DNA of 64,000 bases from a virus. Under the pieces are notes generated by a model. The model had not been told where the DNA came from, did no database searches, and saw only the letters and a program-made list of their open reading frames with translations. Made by a program: the position numbers and the translations under genes. The stretch covers positions 1-64,000 of IMG/VR virus record IMGVR_UViG_3300044838_000061; one strand, written 5' to 3'. Positions 1 to 8,451 of the stretch are shown piece by piece; within the stretch, counting starts at the first letter, position 1, and each line of letters starts with the position of its first letter.

Positions 1-70
1 CCCGGACGCTCGCGCTCAAGGTTGACGATGTCCCGGAGCTCGGCGCGGTTGGCACCCAGTAGGCCGCTGC

Positions 71-274
71 TCATCGCGACGCCGTCCCTCGCGGTTCACG
101 CTCTGGCAGGCGACGGATCTCCGCGAGTTGCTCTTCGCGCCAGTCCGTAGGAATGAGCTGATGCCGATGTTCGGCGATCCAACGACGGCGATGTCGATCG
201 TGCCAGCGCCCATACGCGACGAGACCGACCACGATCGCCCAAGCTCCGACGGCGACGACGGCTCCGAGCGTCAC
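71..274 (-). CDS. small membrane protein (hypothetical)
   Basis: Hydrophobic stretch LGAVVAVGAWAIVVGLVAY. The GTG start at 274 overlaps the upstream TGA (GTGA); the ORF track extends it to 382. Confidence 0.55.
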   Translation of the reverse strand: MTLGAVVAVGAWAIVVGLVAYGRWHDRHRRRWIAEHRHQLIPTDWREEQLAEIRRLPEREPRGTASR

Positions 275-510
275 GCCGGAACCAGATGCGCGTAGAACTG
301 AGCGCGGAGACGCCTCTGGACCTCGTCGAGTTGCTCGACCGTGCAGCCAGTCTCGCGCTCGGCGACGCTCATCCTGTCCCACGCACGCTGGTTCAGCCTC
401 GCGTTGCTGCTGGTGGTCACTCCCCGCTTCACGAACGGCCTCCTCCTCTTGAGTTCTCTCTCCGTCGCGCGAGTCGCTCCGAAGCCGATGACCCCGTGTC
501 CCTCGCTCAC
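271..510 (-). CDS. hypothetical protein, probably leaderless
   Basis: 79-aa ORF starting 8 nt below a consensus-like -10 box. Confidence 0.55.
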   Translation of the reverse strand: MSEGHGVIGFGATRATERELKRRRPFVKRGVTTSSNARLNQRAWDRMSVAERETGCTVEQLDEVQRRLRAQFYAHLVPA

Positions 511-518
511 GAGAGGAG

Positions 519-547
519 AAGATACTGCTGCGCTACTAAGTTGTCAA
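519..547 (-). promoter_or_regulatory. sigma70-type promoter TTGACA-N17-TATCTT
   Basis: Perfect -35 box, 17-nt spacer and TANNNT -10 box on the minus strand. Confidence 0.75.
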
Positions 548-756
548 CTAGCTATTCGAGCGGGGCCGCGTGCCCAGAACGCAGCGAAGCCCGAGGAGGT
601 GACGTGATCCTCGGGCTTCGCGGGGGAGGGTATGAACGGATTCCAGGACGTGCTACCCTCGGTGATGGCGCTTGGGCGTCAAATACTACTACAGATTCCT
701 AGATTCGGCGCAGAATCGCGCCTCCTCAGAAACGAAGCGAGGACCAAGAAGGGTCC

Positions 757-1045
757 TTCATAAGAAGTGAGGTCCCGAGCCGAGCAGCTGATCGCAGCCG
801 CCTCGGAGCGACGGGGTTCGTCGCCGTCATCTCTCCGAGTCCGCCAGCGCGGCATTTCGCCTGTCAGAGAGGCTTCGCCAGCGTACCCGCTCTAGGTACG
901 TGCCATCGACGGGGTGGGTGGCGGGACAGTCGGTGAGAAGAGAGGAGCTTCTTCTTCGGTGGGAGAGAGGATCGAACTAGGAACATCAAGCGCGTTCTTA
1001 TGAAGATCATTCGTCCTTGATCCGCGTGGACTTTCTTACTAAGAA
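757..1045. promoter_or_regulatory. operator-like boxes TTCATAAGAA (757), TTCTTATGAA (995), TTCTTACTAAGAA (1033)
   Basis: The same AT-rich palindromic motif recurs at 31808/31844 and 38950-39501. Confidence 0.65.
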
Positions 1046-1169
1046 GTTCCGTTATCCCTGCATAGAGCGTGAAACCTTCTTGACAGATAGCTTAGAACCT
1101 GAGAACATAGGTTCTTCGCTACCATCCCTGTGGGCCACAACGGGGGACAGGAAGGAGATAGATGAAGCG

Positions 1170-1592
1170 ATGTCTGGCACGGATAGAAACGGAGAGGATC
1201 CGGTCGCAAAGACCGTCCTTCGCGCGCTTGATGAAGCACGTAGAGAACTGGGAGAATTCGACTCGCGCCGAAAGCCGCTGCTTGACCGCGTAGCGAGACT
1301 CGAGCGAGCCCTGCACGAGCTGAACCTCGGGCCGCTGAAGAGCGACAAGATCACCGACTCCGAGATCGTCCTCTGGATTCGGGACAACTCCTCCGAAGAT
1401 GACCGACGGACGACCCCTGAGGTCGCTTTGGCGTTCGCCGGCGACGGAAGAGGTTTCGCACGCCGACTGAAGCGCATGTCCGAGCAGCGTCCGGCGTTGC
1501 TCGACGGCTCCCCTCAGGACGGGTACTACGTCGAGGGCTACGACCACGGTCGCGAGGTCAGCGACGAGAGGCAGACCGCGGTCGCGGGATAA
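1170..1592 (+). CDS. coiled-coil plus putative winged-helix DNA-binding protein
   Basis: AAGGAG upstream of ATG 1170; heptad region followed by an HTH-like segment (TTPEVALAF...FARRLKRM). The fold is inferred. Confidence 0.5.
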   Translation: MSGTDRNGEDPVAKTVLRALDEARRELGEFDSRRKPLLDRVARLERALHELNLGPLKSDKITDSEIVLWIRDNSSEDDRRTTPEVALAFAGDGRGFARRLKRMSEQRPALLDGSPQDGYYVEGYDHGREVSDERQTAVAG

Positions 1593-1601
1593 GGGGTCGT
1601 C

Positions 1602-1916
1602 TTGCGCCGCGTCCGGCTGCTCCTCCTAGTCGGGCCAACGCTGCTGGTCGCGTCGAGCCTCCTCTACCTCCTGTCGGCTAGGCCAGCGGACATCGTCGTC
1701 AGAGACGCAGGAGCGGTCTTGGTCGTGCTGACGCTCCCCGCCTACGTCGTGTGGAAGCTGATGTCCCACCTACGCGAGTCCCGGAAGCGATGTCCCGACT
1801 GCGCAGAACTCGTGCGCAACGAGGCCGCTGTCTGCCGGTTCTGCGGCCACCGCTTTGCTGTGGTGTCAGGCGGCGCTCGTCCCGCTACTACCGTCGACGA
1901 GGATGCTTGGGGGTAG
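1602..1916 (+). CDS. membrane protein with C-terminal zinc ribbon
   Basis: Two hydrophobic helices followed by CPDC-x10-CRFCG. Confidence 0.7.
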   Translation: MRRVRLLLLVGPTLLVASSLLYLLSARPADIVVRDAGAVLVVLTLPAYVVWKLMSHLRESRKRCPDCAELVRNEAAVCRFCGHRFAVVSGGARPATTVDEDAWG

Positions 1917-2214
1917 TACCAGAGCGAGGACAGATCAGGAGTGCCAGCGCACGGATCGTGTGCCGCTGACCGGAAAGGCTCGACTCGATCACCGGACGCG
2001 AGATCCCGGCGAACCCCTTGGGATGCGTCTTGAGGAAGCTCTCGCCCGAAGTCACGCGTGTTTGCAGATCCGCCCGCAACGCACAGAGCGCCCCGGTTGT
2101 CCGGTACTCGTCTGAGGTGACGCGCACCGAAACATGGGCGAACGCGAACCCAAGTGCGAGTATCCCCGTCGCGAGCAGCGCGACCGAGATCGTCAGAAAT
2201 CTGAGCCTGGTCAT
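1888..2214 (-). CDS. membrane-anchored hypothetical protein
   Basis: N-terminal TM helix; 4-nt overlap with the upstream gene. Confidence 0.6.
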   Translation of the reverse strand: MTRLRFLTISVALLATGILALGFAFAHVSVRVTSDEYRTTGALCALRADLQTRVTSGESFLKTHPKGFAGISRPVIESSLSGQRHTIRALALLICPRSGTTPKHPRRR

Positions 2215-2603
2215 ACGCGCGCCAGTGCCGTGACGAGCGCAAGCACGAACACCCCGAGAGTGATGAGTCCCATCACGACGATCCCGATGCTCTGCAACCG
2301 AGTGAATCGCTTGCCGCCCTGCTCTTTGACATATTTGCTGATCGCCTCTGTCGCTGTGGCCTGCTGCAACATTGCCTTCTCGACATTCTCAAGCGACGTC
2401 GCCATCTTCTTTTGCGAGCCGTTGATCTCCCGCAGGTGCTCGGCGTGCTCACGCAGGTCCCGATCGACGTTGGCGTCCTTGACGGCCCGGTCGACCGCGA
2501 GTCTGGTCGCTCTCTCACCGTCTTGTCGCGCGAGGTCCGCAGCTCGCTCAGCGGCCCGACGGGCTAGCGCCTCGGCCTTCTGCTCGGTGCTCGAATCGTC
2601 CAT
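2211..2603 (-). CDS. coiled-coil protein with C-terminal TM helix
   Basis: Charged helical body followed by IGIVVMGLITLGVFVLALV. Confidence 0.65.
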   Translation of the reverse strand: MDDSSTEQKAEALARRAAERAADLARQDGERATRLAVDRAVKDANVDRDLREHAEHLREINGSQKKMATSLENVEKAMLQQATATEAISKYVKEQGGKRFTRLQSIGIVVMGLITLGVFVLALVTALARV

Positions 2604-2618
2604 CGATGGGAGGTTCGG

Positions 2619-3092
2619 CTAGGTCACAGCCGCGGTGACGTGTGAGCAGTTCTGCTTCGGTGCGAGTGCATTGATTATCAACACCGTCGGCGCGCGACTC
2701 GCACGAATCACCGCGCGTTGCGCTGGCAACCGAGTCTGACGAAGCGCCGCATGTAGGACTCGATCGAGTGCCTTGAGCGTCGCGTCGTGCCGCCTGTTTT
2801 GGTTTTCGCACACCAGACGGATCGCGGTGATCCGCTGCTGTTGGATCGCCGCAGTCGCCGCCAACGCCTCGCGGCTCGCTGTCTTTGCCTGCCGAGCCGC
2901 TCTAGTTGAGTTCGTGCTCGCCGACTGAGCGTTCTCCGCGAGCGTGTGATTACCGCCGAGCTGGAAGCCGAAGAGGATTAGTGCGCCGAGGGCGACGAGG
3001 AACACGAAGAGTGTCCAGGATCGCGGGGCGGGGCGCTCGAGCCACGCCACGAGTCGGCGCAAGATTGAGTCGTCGGTTCGGAACGAGTTCAC
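2619..3092 (-). CDS. membrane-anchored helical protein
   Basis: TM segment WTLFVFLVALGALILFGF and an Ala-rich helical tail with two Cys. Confidence 0.6.
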   Translation of the reverse strand: MNSFRTDDSILRRLVAWLERPAPRSWTLFVFLVALGALILFGFQLGGNHTLAENAQSASTNSTRAARQAKTASREALAATAAIQQQRITAIRLVCENQNRRHDATLKALDRVLHAALRQTRLPAQRAVIRASRAPTVLIINALAPKQNCSHVTAAVT

Positions 3093-3180
3093 GGGTGCCC
3101 AGTCGCCGCGACCTGGCCGAGGAATAGCAACACCACGATCATCAGGCCACCACCGACCCAGAACTTCTCTGATCGGTGGA

Positions 3181-3444
3181 TCAATCTCGGTCTTTGTGCC
3201 GCTCGTGCTCGCGCGTGTCCTTCGCGCGCTTTTCTGACTCCCTGAGCGCGTCCATGATGCGTCCGATCAGGCTGACGAGAGAGGCGAACGTACGCGCTCC
3301 CGGGAGTCCCATCATTATCAGCGCCGCGAAGTACAGCCACGGCTGGTTGGAATTGGTTGACGCAGCGTGGAACATGATCCAGAGGCCGAGCAGCGCCGCG
3401 GCCGTCTGTACCAGCAGTCGCAGGAGTCTTTCGTATCGACTCAT
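3181..3444 (-). CDS. holin-like small membrane protein
   Basis: Two TM helices and a highly charged C-terminus, 87 aa. Confidence 0.5.
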   Translation of the reverse strand: MSRYERLLRLLVQTAAALLGLWIMFHAASTNSNQPWLYFAALIMMGLPGARTFASLVSLIGRIMDALRESEKRAKDTREHERHKDRD

Positions 3445-3660
3445 TCATTGGTCGTCGTATCGACTGCGGCGTCGCTGAGGACCAGATGTGATGGTCTGAC
3501 TCGACAAGGCTGCGTCACGTCTCGCTCCGTTGGGGATGTGATCCCGACTGCCGGCGGCCTCGCCTGCGGCGAGCATAGATTCTATCTACTCGGTCCTACC
3601 AGAAGCAATACCTAGGAACGTAGTTGGTAAGATTATGGTCGTGAGGAGACGCGTAGACTG

Positions 3661-5118
3661 TTGAGAGCCAAGATCGACTCCGTCGTGTCGTTCGACAGCG
3701 ACGACGTGAATGACGACCTCCTGCGCGCGATCAGAACGGAGCTGACCACCGCAAACGCCGACAAGGTTAGGGCGGTCTCAGAGCAAATCCGAGGCGCTCA
3801 GTTTATCCCCGACTTCCTTGAGCTCTGGTCCGAACGTGACGGCCGAACTATCCTCCCCAGGGGCTACGCGCACCGCCTGGAACAGCTGGCCTCGGAATTC
3901 GGCGAAGAGGTCGTGTGGGAGAACGAGATGATAATTCGACCCTCATCTGAGGCCCTGTTCCGCGACTGGTCCCCGGCGTCGCTCCGCGACTATCAGGAGC
4001 TAGCTAGGGACGTGATGTTGGACTGGGGTCAAGGGATCGTGCAGGCTCCTACCGGCAGTGGCAAGACTAGGGTCACGCTCGAGTTCATCCGTTGGGCTGG
4101 GCAGAAGACGCTCGTGATCGTCGGGAAGACCGCGTTGGCGTCGCAGTGGCAGGAGGTGGCGCGCGTGTTATATGGCTATGAGATGGGATATATCGGTGAA
4201 GGGAAGTGGGACGTTCGTGAGTTGACCGTGGCGACATGGCAGACGTTGTGGGCGCGTCGAGAGTCGGTGGATGAGGATTTTTGGCGAGAGTTTGGAGCGG
4301 TAATTGGTGACGAGATACACCATGCCGGCGCAAGATCACTCTCCGAGTTGCTTGCGTTCTTCCCCGCCTTCTACAGGATCGGGGTCTCCGCTACTCCTCG
4401 CTGGGACGAGTCGTCGTGGCCGATCGTCAAGGCCCTCGTCGGTCCCGTGGTCCACCGCTCGACTCACGACGAGGTCGGAGACAACTTAGTCAGGCCCTTG
4501 GTCAGGATGGTCTCCACTGACTTTGAGGCGACCTACGAGCCGACTCACTACGACGAGGGCGGCCGAAGGATTCCGAACAACTACTCAACCGTGATGAAGA
4601 AGCTGGTCTCCGACACCGACCGCAATAACCTCGTGGCGAGGATAGCCCGTGACGAGGCGCAGGATGGACATCACGTGCTGGTCGTCACTAGACGAATCGA
4701 GCACGTCAAGCAGCTCGTCTCGCGGCTGCAAAAGGTCCTGCGCGTCGGGGTCCGTCTCCACACGCTCACTGGCGCGCAGACCGGGAATGACGCGGAGAGG
4801 GTTCGGCGCGCGATCTCGGGGTCCGAAGGAGGGACGGTCCTGATCTCCACGGTTGCCGAAGAGGCGCTAGACATCCCACGCCTTGACCGGCTCGTGATGG
4901 CGTTCCCGATCCGGAAGGTTCCGCTGGTCGAGCAGCAGGTGGGAAGGATCCTGCGCCCAGCAGAGGGAAAGACCGACGCGGTTGTCTACGACATGGTGGA
5001 CGACGTCGGGCCACTCTCCGCGCAGAGACGTCAGCGCGAGCGTCTGTATACGAGGCGTAGATGGCGTACCGAGCAATACGAGCCTGATTCAGCTTGTGTT
5101 TTGTCGGATCCCGTGTAG
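3661..5118 (+). CDS. superfamily II DExH helicase
   Basis: LRDYQ (Q motif), APTGSGKT (I), GDEIHH (II), SAT (III), QQVGRILR (VI). Confidence 0.92.
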   Translation: MRAKIDSVVSFDSDDVNDDLLRAIRTELTTANADKVRAVSEQIRGAQFIPDFLELWSERDGRTILPRGYAHRLEQLASEFGEEVVWENEMIIRPSSEALFRDWSPASLRDYQELARDVMLDWGQGIVQAPTGSGKTRVTLEFIRWAGQKTLVIVGKTALASQWQEVARVLYGYEMGYIGEGKWDVRELTVATWQTLWARRESVDEDFWREFGAVIGDEIHHAGARSLSELLAFFPAFYRIGVSATPRWDESSWPIVKALVGPVVHRSTHDEVGDNLVRPLVRMVSTDFEATYEPTHYDEGGRRIPNNYSTVMKKLVSDTDRNNLVARIARDEAQDGHHVLVVTRRIEHVKQLVSRLQKVLRVGVRLHTLTGAQTGNDAERVRRAISGSEGGTVLISTVAEEALDIPRLDRLVMAFPIRKVPLVEQQVGRILRPAEGKTDAVVYDMVDDVGPLSAQRRQRERLYTRRRWRTEQYEPDSACVLSDPV

Positions 5119-5201
5119 CCTATGTCGCACTGTAAAAGTCGCCCCGGCGGTGCTGTGAACACCCCGGGGCTGGCCTAGACCTTGGAAGGAGGTCCAGACG
5201 T

Positions 5202-5843
5202 ATGAAGCATACCTGGGGCATTCTCCTTACGGCATTGACGACTCTCGTGTTGGTGAGCAGCGCTCAAGCCGTGTTGCTCGTCACACCGCAGGGACATCCA
5301 ATAGGTGGGAAGTGGCAGCGATGGGCAGACCATATGCATGTCGCGAGCTGGAGCGGCCCGCTAACAGTCACAACGGATATCTCGATCTGCGGTTATGACG
5401 GCGACGGCAGTCTTTATATCGCCTGTGCGCTAAATCCAGCCTTTGGATGGACCGGAACGACGTGCCTTCTGTCCTGCTCGAGGCAGCACGGAACGATCAC
5501 AGAAATCGCCGTCGCACCTAACGAGGATCAGATGGTCCTCTTCCACGAACTTGGACACGAATTCGATGGGCGCTACCTACTTCAATCTGATCGACGTCGG
5601 TTGACGCGTTGGATCGCTGGAGACACAGGCAGACTACCGGGGGCGTGGGTAGAGGCAAACGACGTGCGTGACAACAACGGAGACTCGGACTACTTTGCCG
5701 ACTTTTATGCGACGTGTGCCCAGGCGGATACCGTCAACGAGGATCTGCGTCTTTGTCGTTTGGTAGACCTGCGCGGTGTGTCAAGCGGAGCGACTCCACC
5801 GACCCTTTCTACGAGGATGACGCGACCGGACCACTTTAGTTAG
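5202..5843 (+). CDS. secreted protein with HExxH zinc-peptidase-like motif
   Basis: Signal peptide ending SAQA; FHELGHEFD; GGAGG RBS. Confidence 0.6.
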   Translation: MKHTWGILLTALTTLVLVSSAQAVLLVTPQGHPIGGKWQRWADHMHVASWSGPLTVTTDISICGYDGDGSLYIACALNPAFGWTGTTCLLSCSRQHGTITEIAVAPNEDQMVLFHELGHEFDGRYLLQSDRRRLTRWIAGDTGRLPGAWVEANDVRDNNGDSDYFADFYATCAQADTVNEDLRLCRLVDLRGVSSGATPPTLSTRMTRPDHFS

Positions 5844-6916
5844 CTGAAAGGGATCACTTCGACCCACAACTTGCGGTTCTGCGCCGTTACGCTGCCAGAT
5901 GACGCCTTGAACTGCACGCTAATGGTGTAGGAGCCAGCTGGCAAACCCTGAATGTCACAAGGGCCGCCCCACCAATCTCCCGATGTGGTTGCATTGATCT
6001 GAATGCCACCTATTTCTTGGTAGTAGATGCCCGAGGTCCCGATCACCTGACCCGTCGTTACATCTCCCGAATACGCCCCTCCTCCCGCGTCAACACCAGC
6101 CAGACCTACCGGACCGGACGCCAAGGCCACGTAGCTATTGGTGAGCGATCCCAAGATGGCAGCTTGGGTCTGAGGTGCAGCCATAGTGGTCGCAATTTTC
6201 AACTGGTTGGACCCGATAAAGATGGCGGCTCGCGCGGCAACCGCGCCGGATTGCTGCCACAATGCCTGATACCCGATACGGATACGTCCGTTGGTTGGCA
6301 GCATGAGATTCGGAATTTGGTCGTTCGCGTCACTCAGCGCACCGTACGCCGTGTTCGTACGTGATCCAGTCGTAGCGATATTGACTGCCCCGCTGGTGCG
6401 TGGTCTGAGGTCGAGGATGTTCGCGGCTGGGATCGAGCTCTCGCCAACGGTCTGGAGAACTGCCGCGAGGATCATCGAGTTCGCCGGAGGTGCCGTCACG
6501 CCGGCGAGGTAGCCACCAGAACCGGGAGTGACGTTGGCCCCGGCGGTCTCCGTCCCTTGCACCCACTCGATTTGCCCCTTGCTGGATCCACTGAGTCCCT
6601 GTTCATTCACGTCGTAGACGCGGAAGACCACGTAGTCGACGCGGGGGTTTGTGACCGGCGCGAGGATCGTGTTGTAGGGATTCGCCGGAGCGTCATTGAA
6701 GACGTAGTAGAGGCCGTTGTAAAAGGCTCCCTCCGGCGCGACCGTCTGCTGTACGAGGGCTGACCCAGCCGCGGCTTGCACCTGTAGCCCGGCTGACGGA
6801 GTGACAACGAGGTCTCCCGAGTGGAGGATCCTTGCGACCTGGAACGCCGCGTCTCGCATCCTGAAGATCGAGAACGGGTACTGCTGGTCTTGGCAGGCGA
6901 AGACTTGGATTGCCAT
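5840..6916 (-). CDS. minor tail protein
   Basis: Position in the tail module; NPRVDYVVFRVYD...LAAVL...ILDLRP resembles actinophage minor tail N-domains. Confidence 0.7.
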   Translation of the reverse strand: MAIQVFACQDQQYPFSIFRMRDAAFQVARILHSGDLVVTPSAGLQVQAAAGSALVQQTVAPEGAFYNGLYYVFNDAPANPYNTILAPVTNPRVDYVVFRVYDVNEQGLSGSSKGQIEWVQGTETAGANVTPGSGGYLAGVTAPPANSMILAAVLQTVGESSIPAANILDLRPRTSGAVNIATTGSRTNTAYGALSDANDQIPNLMLPTNGRIRIGYQALWQQSGAVAARAAIFIGSNQLKIATTMAAPQTQAAILGSLTNSYVALASGPVGLAGVDAGGGAYSGDVTTGQVIGTSGIYYQEIGGIQINATTSGDWWGGPCDIQGLPAGSYTISVQFKASSGSVTAQNRKLWVEVIPFS

Positions 6917-6928
6917 GTGGGGTCGCTC

Positions 6929-7204
6929 CTAGGTGATGATCGTCAGGGTCGCGGTCTTACACCACTTGTTGTTCTCGCGAACGAGCAGGAGGTGGTTGGT
7001 CTTATCGGTGATGAAGAGACCGTCGGTGGGCTGTGCTCCGGTACTCGCGCCGAAGACTGCCGCGTCTATCTGCGCGCTAGTGAGGCCCGTGGTGCTCACG
7101 TCCCGAAGGACGAGCTGAGAGACGACTCGTTCGAGTCGATCTACGCGGCCGACGAGGTCGTTGAACATGCGGTAGAAGTTCGCTGGCAGTTGGACTTGAC
7201 TCAT
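6929..7204 (-). CDS. small minor tail protein
   Basis: Coupled to flanking tail genes; short coiled coil DLVGRVDRLER. Confidence 0.55.
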   Translation of the reverse strand: MSQVQLPANFYRMFNDLVGRVDRLERVVSQLVLRDVSTTGLTSAQIDAAVFGASTGAQPTDGLFITDKTNHLLLVRENNKWCKTATLTIIT

Positions 7205-8451
7205 GCCCCGAGTCCCTGGTACGTCGTCATCACGTTGCTGACACGTTCAATGCCGTCATCGTCGATGTCCATCGACCACCCGAAGACGCGGACCGGCTGG
7301 GGGTTCGGGTAGCCGACCTGGAGCCTCCCGCGCCGAGCCTGAACGTAGACGATGTCGCCGAGGTCGTAGTCCTGGAAGGGGCGCGGTACTCCGGGCGTCT
7401 TGTCGTCCGCCGAGACGACCGGCCGAGGCGTGAAGGTGATGACCGTCCAGGGCCTCGACTTGATCGTGACCTCGGCCTGTGCGTAGGCGATCAGGATGTT
7501 GGGGTCGACCACCTCCGAGAGAGACGTGTTGACCTCCAGCAGCCCGTTGACACTCTGGCTCCCGATGTCGTCGGCGCGACCCACGCCGTACTGACCGATC
7601 ACCTCGAGCCTATTCTGGGTCTGAGTGCCATCCGCCGTGCGCGAAAACGCGGTGCAGTTGCCGGGGTAGGAGAAGATCGTCTGCTGTCCCCGGTCGATGC
7701 CACGGCCGTTGGAGATAAGCGAGGACCCGGACGCGCCCTGCCCATAGAGGTGCATCTTTCGCGTCAGGGGATCGACGAAGAAGTCCACGCCGTTCTCGAC
7801 GTTGACGAGCTGGAGGATCTCCTGGCCAACGTTCTGGAACCGCTGGAGCGTCAGGTTGCGCTGGTATGGAGTCCCGTAGACGTTGCCCGGCGTGATGAGC
7901 GTCGGTGAGTCGATGTTCGCGCGGTTGAGGAGGTCGAAGATGATCGCCGCGTCCGAGGTCTGCGGGAACTGTGAGGCGCTGTAGGCGAGCTGGATCGCGG
8001 TGTCGATCCCGAGCGACGTGTAGGCACCCCCGTTCGCGGTCTGCCACGCGACACCGTTCGGTGCGGCGAGCATCGCCTGGAACTCAGCCCCGGTGTGGAC
8101 GAGGCGTCCATTGCTGCCGCTACCTCCGAGTCCGTTGAACCACCCGTAGGAGACGATGTCGACCTTGTCGCTTCCGCTCTGCTGCCCGGTTCCGGAGGCT
8201 GAGGATGAGTCGTTGGCCTGCCAGATCGCCCCCGAGTAGACGGTCTGACCGTCGCGGTCGAGCCTCAAACCCGTCTGGTGCGGGACGATCTTCGGCGCGT
8301 CGGGGTCGAGGAGGTGGACCCATCCCGTCACCTTCCCCTGGTTGTTGAGTCGAGGCTCGAGGTGGCGGTTATGGACATTCAGCTGCGTGATCTCGCTCAT
8401 GTCCGAGGAGTTGATGAGCCACCAGTCCCACAATGCGGCGGGGACACTCAC
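7201..8451 (-). CDS. minor tail / hub-like protein
   Basis: Position after Dit and LamG genes; C-terminal PFQDYDLGDIVYV motif typical of siphovirus hub proteins. Confidence 0.7.
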   Translation of the reverse strand: MSVPAALWDWWLINSSDMSEITQLNVHNRHLEPRLNNQGKVTGWVHLLDPDAPKIVPHQTGLRLDRDGQTVYSGAIWQANDSSSASGTGQQSGSDKVDIVSYGWFNGLGGSGSNGRLVHTGAEFQAMLAAPNGVAWQTANGGAYTSLGIDTAIQLAYSASQFPQTSDAAIIFDLLNRANIDSPTLITPGNVYGTPYQRNLTLQRFQNVGQEILQLVNVENGVDFFVDPLTRKMHLYGQGASGSSLISNGRGIDRGQQTIFSYPGNCTAFSRTADGTQTQNRLEVIGQYGVGRADDIGSQSVNGLLEVNTSLSEVVDPNILIAYAQAEVTIKSRPWTVITFTPRPVVSADDKTPGVPRPFQDYDLGDIVYVQARRGRLQVGYPNPQPVRVFGWSMDIDDDGIERVSNVMTTYQGLGA

